IMG/VR virus record: IMGVR_UViG_3300032236_001180 | Coordinates: 32,001-96,000 of that record | Source of the DNA: a virus | Reading direction: 5' to 3' (one strand) | DNA: 64,000 bases | The notes under the pieces: model-generated | The model's database searches: none | Told to the model about the DNA's origin: nothing | Seen by the model: only the letters and a program-made list of their open reading frames with translations | Made by a program: the position numbers and the translations under genes | Shown here: positions 28,145 to 37,930 of the stretch, one piece after another | Layout: the number at the start of each line of letters is the position of its first letter | How positions within the stretch are numbered: position 1 is the first letter of the stretch

Positions 28145-31100
28145 GTACTCTTCTTCTCAATAGTATAACTGGATTAACAACTAGTACTGAATTAACTGGC
28201 GTTAAACTAGATTTATATTTAAGAGAATATCCAAATTTAACTAAAGTTGGAATTGCAACAACTGCGACTTCCAATTATTTTGTGATGTTGAATGAGACTA
28301 ATATAGAATTAAGGCAGCCATATGTAAGTAATAATTTAGTTTTTAATCCATATTTGACAAGACTTGGAATAGGAACAAATGACCCCCAAGCTACTCTTGA
28401 TGTAAATGGAAGTATAAAGTATAGTGGTCCGTTCACAAATAGTGGAATTGCAACTTTTTCTGGACCAGTTTATTTTACAAGTGATGTGTCATTTGATCGT
28501 TTTGATGTAAATATTGCAACGGTACTTAAAAGATTTAATATTGGTGTTGGTGGAACAATTTTAATTGGAATTGCTTCAACTGATCCAAGTGTCGTTGGAA
28601 GTGCCTCTACTTATTATGGAAATGTTGGTATAGGATCCACAATTCCGCAGCAAAAATTAGATATTGGCGGAAGTTTAAAAATAAGTAAAGATATTTACGA
28701 TTCTTTAAATGCCCCAGGTTCTGTTGGATCATTTTTAACCAAAGATGCACAGGGAATTAAATGGACCCCAGTTCAGCCATCAATTACTCAAGGTATTTTT
28801 GTTTATAATGATGAAATATTAGTTGGGGTTCAATCATTTAGGGGTTTGAACTTCAAAACTGGTCGTAGTTCTGGAGTTGGAACAGATCCAATACAAGCAT
28901 ATGTGGGTGCAGCAAATACCACTATTGCTGATGTGTATGTTTCTAGTTATTGGGATTATACGAATGGGACAAATAGTATTTACAGAATGTCTAATGTTGG
29001 TATTAATATAAACAATCCAACAGTAGCATTGGATATAGATGGGAGTGCTTCTATTACTCAAACTATGAGTGCCGCTTATGGAGAAATATCACAAACTTTA
29101 AACGCTCACGGTGCAGTTACATTTTATTCTACATTAGACACAAAAGGAATTACGACACTTGAAGATAAATTAAATGTTACCGGAGATACTACATTATATT
29201 CAACACTTAAAGTTGGTGCTGGTGGGACAGTCATTACCACAACAGGTATTGGTTCTGTTGGTATTGGAACTATAAATCCATCAAGAGATATTGATTTAGC
29301 AAAAGATATTAGAATTCGTGAAGCAATATTTGATTCTAATAATAATGTTGGGTATGTTACAAACTTTTACCAAAATCCAAGAGCAGTATTGACTACTGTT
29401 GGTATTGGAAGTACCGGACAAATCATAGGGGGAAGATTCTTTGATGCTGCAAATATGATTCGTTTGAATCTTGATTTTATTGCAAATGAGGCAATCGGAT
29501 TTCTTACGAGTACAGATTATAAAAATCCAGCATTTGTTGTTCCTGGCGTTGGTGGAGTTTCAACTTGTAGAAATGATATTAAGCAAATTTTAAAGGCAAT
29601 CACTCTTGATATTACTAAAGGTGGAAATTCACAGTCTGTAGGTGCTGGTTTATCGTATTATAATGGACCATCACTTATTCATATTGCTGGAAATGATATA
29701 AATGGTTATTCAATTAAAGATGCTACGATTGTCGCAATTACAACGGCAGCTCAACTTTCCAAGTATATTATCAACAATGCTTTATTGCCAAACTCATATC
29801 AAAGTGGCATAAGCAGTATTCGTCAAATTCGTGATTTGACTTTACAGGAAGATAATGGAAGTAATGTTAGTCCAACGGGATGTTCTAATGTAGTTTCGGC
29901 AATTTATACTTGTGCCGGAATTGTAACTACAATTATTGGTGGAGGTCCAACATCTGCGCCAAATATTACTTATCCTGACGGCAAAGTAATTTGGGCACCA
30001 GCAGGAGCAGATTCTAGAAACTCAATTTGGGTTACGAAATATGGAAATGATGATAATACTGGAAAAACTGAAGGTGATGCAAAACTAACAATTGCTGCCG
30101 CAGCAGCAATTGCAAAATCTGGCGATACTGTTGTTGTTCGTCCTGGTGTTTATTATGAAAATAATCCAATTGGTTTAAGAACTGATGTTGCGATTAGCGG
30201 TCAAGATTTAAGACTTGTTACTGTGGTTCCTCAAAATTTAGGAAAAGATGTCTTTCACGTAAGAAGAGGATGTTTGATTGAAAACTTAAATTTTTCTTGT
30301 GATACTGGACAATCTAATTTAGGCGGTGGAGCTGTTGCATTTCCACCAACTGATGTATCTAAAATAGCAGTATCTGGTTATATTGCCCCCGGACCAGCAA
30401 CCGAAGGACCATCAGGAAGATGGAGATCTCCGTATATAAGAAATTGCACCAATTTTATGCCAAAAAGTATTGGCATGAGAATTGATGGAAAGGATGCAAC
30501 TGCTTCTACGATTGGAGCAGATCTTAAGTGTATGGTTTGTGATTCATTTACACAATATAATGAAGCGGGTATTGGGGTTTCTGTTACGAATAATGGATAT
30601 GCCCAATTGGTTTCTATTTTTACAATCAACTGTGATATTGCAATTTATGCAACAAGTGGTGGACAGTGCGATTTAACTAACTCAAACTCTTCGTTTGGAA
30701 ACTATGGATTAGTTGCTGATGGTCTTGGTGCTTTAGAATTTACAGCAAATGTTGGTGTGGAATTCACTGGTGGTGGGGATACCATTGTCCTTAATAATGT
30801 GCAGGACACTTCTTTAAATTATCGTATTCCATATGATGGCCAAGCACTTTGGTTCCAAATTCCAGTAAATGGAACTTATATTACAAGTCCTATGCAACAA
30901 TTAGGTAGTGTAACTGTACTTAATGGTGGTAGTGGTTATAGTGCAGCATCTCCACCAAGCATAACTCTTGTTGATATTGGAAATAGCAATAGCCTATTGC
31001 CATTAGGACCAGAAGGAATTATTGCAGAAGTATCCCCAACTATAAATGATTCTGGTGCAATCACAGCAATTGATGTGGTTAATAGTGGAAGAAATTATCT

Positions 31101-31569
31101 TCCCACTCAAACGATGAGAATTGCGATTAATGGAGTGGTTCAAAGTACAAGCAATTATGTTGCAAATATGTCTCCAATATATTACACAGTAAATTCTGCA
31201 ACAGCAACTAATACTGGAATTTCAACAGTAGTATTCAATGAATTCGTTCCATTTAATATTGGAATTGGAACAACAGTTAGAATGTATAGAATTAGTCGTA
31301 TTCTTACTAGTGGTCATTCATTTGAATATATTGGTACTGGAACAGATATAAATACAGCAACACCCCAAAAGGGTGGTGTTCCAATTACAGAAAATGAAGT
31401 TGTTGCTCGTAATGGTGCCCAAATACCATATACAAGCACCAATCAAAAAGGAAATTTTGAAATTGGAAAGGGGATCATTATAGATCAAACTACCAATACA
31501 ATTCGTGGTAGAGATTTTAGTAGAGCGATACAAGCAGAAGTTACACCTTTAATTCTTGCATTGAGATAA
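28141..31569 (+). CDS. tail-fibre/baseplate protein with right-handed beta-helix-like C-terminal domain
   Basis: GIGT..P...LDV.G fibre repeats; WVTK.GND.N.G, PG.Y.ENNPI, SPYIRNCTNF, DSFTQYN, GHSFEYIG. Confidence 0.75.
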   Translation: MSTLLLNSITGLTTSTELTGVKLDLYLREYPNLTKVGIATTATSNYFVMLNETNIELRQPYVSNNLVFNPYLTRLGIGTNDPQATLDVNGSIKYSGPFTNSGIATFSGPVYFTSDVSFDRFDVNIATVLKRFNIGVGGTILIGIASTDPSVVGSASTYYGNVGIGSTIPQQKLDIGGSLKISKDIYDSLNAPGSVGSFLTKDAQGIKWTPVQPSITQGIFVYNDEILVGVQSFRGLNFKTGRSSGVGTDPIQAYVGAANTTIADVYVSSYWDYTNGTNSIYRMSNVGININNPTVALDIDGSASITQTMSAAYGEISQTLNAHGAVTFYSTLDTKGITTLEDKLNVTGDTTLYSTLKVGAGGTVITTTGIGSVGIGTINPSRDIDLAKDIRIREAIFDSNNNVGYVTNFYQNPRAVLTTVGIGSTGQIIGGRFFDAANMIRLNLDFIANEAIGFLTSTDYKNPAFVVPGVGGVSTCRNDIKQILKAITLDITKGGNSQSVGAGLSYYNGPSLIHIAGNDINGYSIKDATIVAITTAAQLSKYIINNALLPNSYQSGISSIRQIRDLTLQEDNGSNVSPTGCSNVVSAIYTCAGIVTTIIGGGPTSAPNITYPDGKVIWAPAGADSRNSIWVTKYGNDDNTGKTEGDAKLTIAAAAAIAKSGDTVVVRPGVYYENNPIGLRTDVAISGQDLRLVTVVPQNLGKDVFHVRRGCLIENLNFSCDTGQSNLGGGAVAFPPTDVSKIAVSGYIAPGPATEGPSGRWRSPYIRNCTNFMPKSIGMRIDGKDATASTIGADLKCMVCDSFTQYNEAGIGVSVTNNGYAQLVSIFTINCDIAIYATSGGQCDLTNSNSSFGNYGLVADGLGALEFTANVGVEFTGGGDTIVLNNVQDTSLNYRIPYDGQALWFQIPVNGTYITSPMQQLGSVTVLNGGSGYSAASPPSITLVDIGNSNSLLPLGPEGIIAEVSPTINDSGAITAIDVVNSGRNYLPTQTMRIAINGVVQSTSNYVANMSPIYYTVNSATATNTGISTVVFNEFVPFNIGIGTTVRMYRISRILTSGHSFEYIGTGTDINTATPQKGGVPITENEVVARNGAQIPYTSTNQKGNFEIGKGIIIDQTTNTIRGRDFSRAIQAEVTPLILALR

Positions 31570-31572
31570 GAA

Positions 31573-32235
31573 ATGGCAGTTGCACCACTTAATAAGTTCC
31601 TCACATTTGCAGTTCCAGTTGCGCCAGGAGAACAAGTAGTATATACAACTCCTGTGGGAGTATCGGCAATTTTACTTTATGCTCAGGCATCAAATGTTGC
31701 TGGAATTACAACTTATCCATCATTGACATTTACACATCGCAGAACAACAATTAAAACTGGAAATGTAAGAAACAATAGAGTCATTAAAGGTGGAAAAATA
31801 TTTCCAAATGATAGTTTAATTATTATTGATGGTAGATTGGTATTAGAAAGAACGGCTTTAATTTCAGATTCAATTGTAATTTCTGGAACTCAATCTGGTA
31901 TTGTTTCAGTTACTGGTTGTAAGTATGATAACACAACAGGCATAACAACAGTTACTACAATTAGTCCCCATAACTTTTCTGTTGGGGACGAAATTACAAT
32001 GAGTGGTCTTGGATTTACTTGTAGTGGAAGCAGTGGAATTACTACTACCATATTTCCATCACCGCAAGCATCTTTTGTTGTAAGTGGAATCACTGGAAGC
32101 GTTGGAACTTCTCTTACCTTTACTACAACTAGTGGAGTAATTGCTGGAATAGCGCACACTTATGTGAGTGGAGGAAAAGTAGCTCCACTTCAAATGGAAT
32201 TTATTTGTAGTATTTTGGAAAATAGTACAGTATAA
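31573..32235 (+). CDS. small structural protein (paralogue of 51101-51442 with an extra domain)
   Basis: LNKF.T...YT.PVG...LLAQA.N...SILE. Confidence 0.65.
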   Translation: MAVAPLNKFLTFAVPVAPGEQVVYTTPVGVSAILLYAQASNVAGITTYPSLTFTHRRTTIKTGNVRNNRVIKGGKIFPNDSLIIIDGRLVLERTALISDSIVISGTQSGIVSVTGCKYDNTTGITTVTTISPHNFSVGDEITMSGLGFTCSGSSGITTTIFPSPQASFVVSGITGSVGTSLTFTTTSGVIAGIAHTYVSGGKVAPLQMEFICSILENSTV

Positions 32236-35200
32236 TGGCGAAGTATTTAAGTGGAAGAGTTCAAAGAACCCCACAATCTGGATTAACTTCTGACAGATAT
32301 AGCTATTTGTCTTTGGATCAAGCAGAGCCAAATCTTGGCGATCCTGCGGTTCCTGGAGTAATACTACCTTCTGGAGTTCAATATCAACTAATATCAGTAC
32401 TCAATCATCCAGGAGAAAGATATTGGATTCCTGTTGGTGGTGGTTTGATTCCAGGTTCTATTAGTGTTTATGATGAAGGATTGCTAGTTCCACCTGGAGG
32501 TGTAAGTAGCATTACTCAACTTAATTTTGTTGGTGCTGCTATTAGTGCTTCTGGGTATTTGGATTCTTATGGAAATCCAGGCACAATTTCAACGATTACA
32601 GTTTTTGCTCCGGGAAATAATAAAGAATTAATTTTTAATAGTAATAATGAGTTTTCATCCTCTGTTGATTTAACTTATGATACTAACACTGGTATCTTAA
32701 CTGCAGCAAGAATATTAAATGTTGGTACTGGTGGTACAGTTTTTTCAACAACAGGCATTGGTTCTGTTGGTATTGGAACTACAAATCCAACCACAAAACT
32801 TCATATTGTTGGAGATTTGAGACTAACTGGAACCATTTACGATTATGCAAATAATCCCGGAATAAGTCAACAAATATTAGTTAAAAACAATCTTGGTTCA
32901 TTGGTATGGACTAGTCAAGGTTCAATTAAAGCAGGAGCAGGTGGAACTTTTAATCAAGTACAATATCATAATTCTGCTGGATTGGTAGATGGTGCTGCAA
33001 ATTTTGTATATGATCCAATTACTGGTAATGTTGGTATTGGAAGTACTTTGCCAACTTATCTTTTAGATGTTGCCGGAAATACTAGAATTACTGGAATTAC
33101 TACATTAAATAAACTTTATGTAACTGGAATTTCCACTTTTAGTTCTTCTGCGGATTCTACAAATACAACATCTGGAGCATTAATTATATCCGGTGGTGTT
33201 GGAATTGCCAAAAACTTAAATGTGGGGGCAGTAATATCCACACAAAGTTTAAATGTAACCGGCCAGACAACAACTCAAAATTTAAATGTTGTTGGTGTCT
33301 CTACTTTATTTGATATTACCGGAACAAGTGCCAATTTTACTGGTATTGTCACAGCATCTACATTTAAAGGACAAATCAGTTCTGGTGTTGGAACAATTAC
33401 CACATTTAATTCCACAACTGGAATAATAACCGCTTTAACTGGCACAGCAGTTACTTATACGACTGGAAATATTACTACTTTAAATGGTTCTAATCTTTAT
33501 TATAATACCGGCATTATAACATCATTAACAAGTACGAATTCATCTCTTGCTAATATTATTTCATCTGGAATTAGTACTCTTGGAATTACAACAACAACTC
33601 AATTAACTGCTAGAAATTTAAATGTTTCCGGAATTACGACAACTCAAACTTTAAATGTTTCTGGCACTTCTACCTTTGGCGGTAGCATTATACCATCAGC
33701 AACTACAACTTATAATATTGGAAATATCAATTATAAGTGGAATAGTCTTTATGTTAGTACTATTGTTGCAGATCAAATTACAGGTAATACAACTACTGCA
33801 ACAAGTGTGATAGGTGGTTATGCTGATATAACATCCTCAAATGTTTCTGGAATTTCCACTACTCAATATTTGGTAGTTTTAGGTAATAGTTCTTTAGGTA
33901 TTGCTACTGCTACTAGTGTTACCGCAAATACATTTACTGGTTCTTTGAATGGTAATGCCAATACTGCTACAAAATTAGCGACTGGTAGAACTATTGCTAT
34001 TACTGGTGATTTGGCTTATACGAGTCCATCATTTGATGGTACTGTGAATGTGACTGGTATTGGCACTTTATCTAATACTGGCGTTACTAGTGCAACATAT
34101 GGTTCTTCAACGACAGTTCCACAGATTGCGATTGATGCTAAAGGTAGAATTACTTCGGCATCTAATGTTGGTGTTAATTTTAGTGCTGCCACAGTAGCAT
34201 CCGCAGATAAATTAACTACAGCAAGAACGATTGCTATTACTGGTGATTTGGCTTATACGAGTCCGCCATTTGATGGTACTGCAAATGTGACTGGCATTAG
34301 TACTTTAGCGAATACTGGCGTTGTTGCAGCGACTTATGGGTCTTCTACAACAGTTCCGCAGATTGCGATTGATGCTAAAGGTAGAATTACTTCAGCATCC
34401 AATGTTGGTGTTAATTTTAGTGCTGCCACAGTGGCATCCGCAGATAAATTAACCACAGGAAGAACAATTTCTATTACTGGGGACTTAGCTTATACAAGTC
34501 CATCATTTGATGGTACTGTAAATGTAACTGCAACTGGTACTTTAGCGAATACTGGTGTTGTTGCAGCCACTTATGGATCTTCAACAACAGTTCCACAAAT
34601 TATAGTTGATTCTAAAGGCAGAATTACTTCGGCATCTAATGTTGGTGTTAATTTTAGTGCTGCCACAGTAGCATCAGCAGATAAATTGACTAATGGTAGA
34701 ACAATTTCTATTACAGGAGATTTAACTTATACTAGTCCATCATTTGATGGTACTGTAAATGTAACTGCAACTGGTACTTTAGCATCTACTGGTGTTGTTG
34801 CAAATACTTATGGATCTGGTTCTCAAGTTCCTGTATTTACAGTAGATTCTAAAGGTAGAATTACTTCTGTTACAAATACAAGTATTACAGGAATCAATGC
34901 TTCTTCTGTTGCTGCTGCCGGTTCCAATACCCAAATACAGTTCAATGATAATAGCGTTTTTGCTGGAAATGCAAATCTTACTTTTAATAAATCTACAAAT
35001 ACATTTGCAACTTCAATAATATCTGCTAGTAACTCAATTACTGCTGGAACAAATACTAGATATCAAATTGGAAATGCTTATCTATCTTCCGGTGGAGATT
35101 ATGCACATTTAGCAACACACGAATGGTATAATGGTTCATCCTGGCAAACAGATTCAACTCCTGGTGGATTATTCCAAATTACAGGGCAATCTTTTAATTG

Positions 35201-36968
35201 GTATAAACATAACGGTACAGCAACTCATACATTATCACTCAATCTAGATTCTTCTGGAAATTTAGCTGCAACAGGTACAATCACAGGAACCCAATTAATC
35301 TCCACAGTTGCCTCCCCAACCGCACCACTATCAGTAACTTCAACCACTCAAGTTACTAACTTAAATTCAAATTACCTGAATGGTCTTACTGCGACCCAGT
35401 TCTTCAATAATATGGGGAACAATCACGGCACCAGAACAGATTTTAATTCAATTACTAATTTTGGATTTAATTATGTTCAAGGTTCTACAAATAGTCCTGG
35501 GATTCCTAGTGCTACTCAGTATTATAATGTTTCATTAGGTCTTGGCAATGATTATGCATATTCACAATATGCAATGGAGTTTGCAATACCAAGAGCATCC
35601 ATAGGCGGAAATCCATACCCTTCAGTAAGATTTAGAGAAGGTGGCACTTGGGGTTCTTGGAGTAAAATATATGCGGGTTATGCAGATAGTGCAGGATCTT
35701 CAACCAATTCAACCAATGCAATTACTGCAACCAACTTATCCGGGGGATCAGTCGCTGCAACTACTGGAACTTTCAGCAACTACTTAAGAACCCTAGGGCA
35801 AGTTCGTGCAACTGGTTGGTATGGAACTCCTACTGGAAGTTCTTATACTGGTCTTGCAGTTGAAATGGGAGTAAGTGGTGGTACTGGATATACTCTTTGT
35901 TATAACCGAGACACTAGTACTTATGGTAATTTTAATCTTGCTGGTGCGTCTACAAATATTCTATTGCCATCCTCCGGTACTACTATTACTGTTACTGGTT
36001 CAATTAGTGCATCGGGTTCAGTTGCAGGAACCAACATAACATCAGGAGGAAATGTTACTGGTTCTTCTGTTTCTTGTTCTGGAAACGCAGCCACTGCAAC
36101 CAACTTAAGCACAATAAGAACTAATTGGTATACAAATGGAACTATTTCTGCTGTTGTTGGGCAACTTTCCTGGAAATACTACCAAGACAACCACACAATC
36201 TTTGATGCTTCTGCTAGTACTTCTCCTGATGGTGGAGCAGTAAATAATACCAATTCTCAAGTTGCTTGGACTTCAACATATCCAACGTTAATGGGATGGA
36301 ATGGCACAAATACTTTTGGTGTTCGTGTTGATTCTGCAAGAATTGCAGATACTACAACTAGTCTTGCAAGTTTAACTGTAAATCAAACATCATATAGTTG
36401 CACAAATCCGATTACAACAGCAACTGGTAATACTATTAATATTGCATCTTCAAGTAATGCTTATGGAAGAAAATTTGTTCAATCTACAGCACCTACAAGT
36501 CCTTGCGATGGTGATGTTTGGTATGATACTAGCGGAGCTACTGCAACCGGATCAATAGATGCTATAGGATTAGCAAATCAAGTTTTATATAAAAATGCAT
36601 CCAATCTTACAACTGGTTCTAATAATTTGGTATTTGATGGAACAAATCTTTTTGTGGCAGGAGATATTACTGCATATTATACTTCAGATCAAAGATTAAA
36701 AAATAATATCACACCAATTTCAAATTCATTAGATAAAGTACTTTCAATTAGTGGAAATATATTTGATTGGGATAAAAAATCTGGCAAAACAGGAAGTGAA
36801 GCCGGAGTAATTGCACAAGAAATACAAAAAGTTCTTCCCCAAGCGGTCGTCACAAGAGATAATGGTTACCTTGCAGTAAAATATGACCAGATAATTCCTC
36901 TTTTGATTGAGGCAATTAAAGACCTCAAAGAAGAAATAAATGAACTAAAAAAAGAAAAAGACAATTAA
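32235..36968 (+). CDS. long tail fibre with C-terminal intramolecular chaperone (peptidase S74)
   Basis: Thr/Gly-rich repeats; GDITAYYTSDQRLKNNI...GVIAQEIQKVLP..V...YLAVKYDQIIPLLIEAIKDL. Confidence 0.88.
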   Translation: MAKYLSGRVQRTPQSGLTSDRYSYLSLDQAEPNLGDPAVPGVILPSGVQYQLISVLNHPGERYWIPVGGGLIPGSISVYDEGLLVPPGGVSSITQLNFVGAAISASGYLDSYGNPGTISTITVFAPGNNKELIFNSNNEFSSSVDLTYDTNTGILTAARILNVGTGGTVFSTTGIGSVGIGTTNPTTKLHIVGDLRLTGTIYDYANNPGISQQILVKNNLGSLVWTSQGSIKAGAGGTFNQVQYHNSAGLVDGAANFVYDPITGNVGIGSTLPTYLLDVAGNTRITGITTLNKLYVTGISTFSSSADSTNTTSGALIISGGVGIAKNLNVGAVISTQSLNVTGQTTTQNLNVVGVSTLFDITGTSANFTGIVTASTFKGQISSGVGTITTFNSTTGIITALTGTAVTYTTGNITTLNGSNLYYNTGIITSLTSTNSSLANIISSGISTLGITTTTQLTARNLNVSGITTTQTLNVSGTSTFGGSIIPSATTTYNIGNINYKWNSLYVSTIVADQITGNTTTATSVIGGYADITSSNVSGISTTQYLVVLGNSSLGIATATSVTANTFTGSLNGNANTATKLATGRTIAITGDLAYTSPSFDGTVNVTGIGTLSNTGVTSATYGSSTTVPQIAIDAKGRITSASNVGVNFSAATVASADKLTTARTIAITGDLAYTSPPFDGTANVTGISTLANTGVVAATYGSSTTVPQIAIDAKGRITSASNVGVNFSAATVASADKLTTGRTISITGDLAYTSPSFDGTVNVTATGTLANTGVVAATYGSSTTVPQIIVDSKGRITSASNVGVNFSAATVASADKLTNGRTISITGDLTYTSPSFDGTVNVTATGTLASTGVVANTYGSGSQVPVFTVDSKGRITSVTNTSITGINASSVAAAGSNTQIQFNDNSVFAGNANLTFNKSTNTFATSIISASNSITAGTNTRYQIGNAYLSSGGDYAHLATHEWYNGSSWQTDSTPGGLFQITGQSFNWYKHNGTATHTLSLNLDSSGNLAATGTITGTQLISTVASPTAPLSVTSTTQVTNLNSNYLNGLTATQFFNNMGNNHGTRTDFNSITNFGFNYVQGSTNSPGIPSATQYYNVSLGLGNDYAYSQYAMEFAIPRASIGGNPYPSVRFREGGTWGSWSKIYAGYADSAGSSTNSTNAITATNLSGGSVAATTGTFSNYLRTLGQVRATGWYGTPTGSSYTGLAVEMGVSGGTGYTLCYNRDTSTYGNFNLAGASTNILLPSSGTTITVTGSISASGSVAGTNITSGGNVTGSSVSCSGNAATATNLSTIRTNWYTNGTISAVVGQLSWKYYQDNHTIFDASASTSPDGGAVNNTNSQVAWTSTYPTLMGWNGTNTFGVRVDSARIADTTTSLASLTVNQTSYSCTNPITTATGNTINIASSSNAYGRKFVQSTAPTSPCDGDVWYDTSGATATGSIDAIGLANQVLYKNASNLTTGSNNLVFDGTNLFVAGDITAYYTSDQRLKNNITPISNSLDKVLSISGNIFDWDKKSGKTGSEAGVIAQEIQKVLPQAVVTRDNGYLAVKYDQIIPLLIEAIKDLKEEINELKKEKDN
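33964..34875 (+). repeat. 237-bp (79-aa) tandem repeat, about 3.8 copies
   Basis: ADKLTT.RTI.ITGDLAYTSP.FDGT.NVT...YGSSTTVPQI..D.KGRITSASNVGVNFSAATV units starting near 33964, 34201, 34438 and 34675. Confidence 0.9.
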
Positions 36969-36980
36969 TTGAATAACAAT

Positions 36981-36987
36981 CTAAATA
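36981..36987 (+). promoter_or_regulatory. late-promoter-like CTAAATA upstream of the fibre/peptide/rSAM cassette
   Basis: Same TAAATA core seen before many late genes in this window; 26 nt before ATG 37014. Confidence 0.5.
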
Positions 36988-37013
36988 TTTAAAAAATTAA
37001 AATTAAAATTAAT

Positions 37014-37721
37014 ATGCCAACTTATGTTAGAAGTTCTGGGCAGTGGTTGCCTGTATCTGGTTCTGTTCCAGCAGACATTAATACTATAGCATCAGCAAAT
37101 CAAGTTATATATAAAAATTCATCAAATATACCAACTGGTTCCGCTAATTTGACTTTTAGTGGTTCTAATTTGTCTTGTGGTGGTAATATATCTGCTACTG
37201 GAAATGTATCTGCTACTGGAAATGTATCTGCTAGTGGAAATGTGATTGCTTCTGGATATGGATTTTTTACAACTCCAAACTTAGGAACAACCGGTGGTGT
37301 AAGAGTGGTTGCAAACGCAACCACTGGAAATGGATATTTGCAATTTACAAATAACGCTCAGAATGCAGAATATTTTAATATTTTAGCAACTTCTGGTAGC
37401 GCAGTTTTTAGTGGTACAGTTGCAGCAAACTCCGATGTTAAGTTGAAAACTAATATTAAAACAATTTCTAATGCTTTAGATAAAGTAACTAGACTTAGGG
37501 GGGTAGAGTATGATAGAATAGATTATAATAACCATGAAATTGGCGTCATTGCTCAGGAGGTTGAAAAAGTTGTTCCAGAAGTTATTAAAGAAAATAATGA
37601 TATTAAATCAGTTGCTTATGGAAATCTAGTTGGATTGTTAATTGAAGCAATCAAGGAACAAAATCAAAAAATAGATAATCTCACAGAAGAAATAAATACT
37701 TTGAAAAATGGAGGTAAATAA
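37014..37721 (+). CDS. short tail-fibre protein with S74 chaperone domain
   Basis: GNVSAT 18-bp repeats at about 37182-37253; NSDVKLKTNIKTI.NAL.KV..LRGV, IGVIAQEVE, VAYGNLVGLLIEAIKE. Confidence 0.85.
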   Translation: MPTYVRSSGQWLPVSGSVPADINTIASANQVIYKNSSNIPTGSANLTFSGSNLSCGGNISATGNVSATGNVSASGNVIASGYGFFTTPNLGTTGGVRVVANATTGNGYLQFTNNAQNAEYFNILATSGSAVFSGTVAANSDVKLKTNIKTISNALDKVTRLRGVEYDRIDYNNHEIGVIAQEVEKVVPEVIKENNDIKSVAYGNLVGLLIEAIKEQNQKIDNLTEEINTLKNGGK

Positions 37722-37928
37722 GTGGCTGCTGTATTATATGGAACTTATATGATGGATAATGGAAATAGGGTATTGAGTTCAGTCGGAAATTGTAATTGTG
37801 CTATAGCAGATTGTGGTGATTTTCAGTGTTCTGCCTCAAATTGTTCTGGTTTAGGACAATCCAATAATCAAGTATATATAGGAGGAACTGGATTTACCAG
37901 ATACAATTGCAATTGTCAATGTGCATAA
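37722..37928 (+). CDS. Cys-rich 68-aa peptide, candidate radical-SAM substrate
   Basis: GGAGGT RBS before GTG; Cys-free N-terminal 23 aa, then 8 Cys (NCNC...DC...QC...NC...NCNCQCA). Confidence 0.72.
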   Translation: MAAVLYGTYMMDNGNRVLSSVGNCNCAIADCGDFQCSASNCSGLGQSNNQVYIGGTGFTRYNCNCQCA

Positions 37929-37930
37929 TT

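Noticed and set aside
37719-37724. Stop-codon readthrough fusing the short fibre to the Cys-rich peptide (same frame, abutting)
   Set aside because: The stop is TAA, the peptide has its own GGAGGT RBS, and the S74 domain is normally C-terminal and cleaved off; separate translation is simpler.
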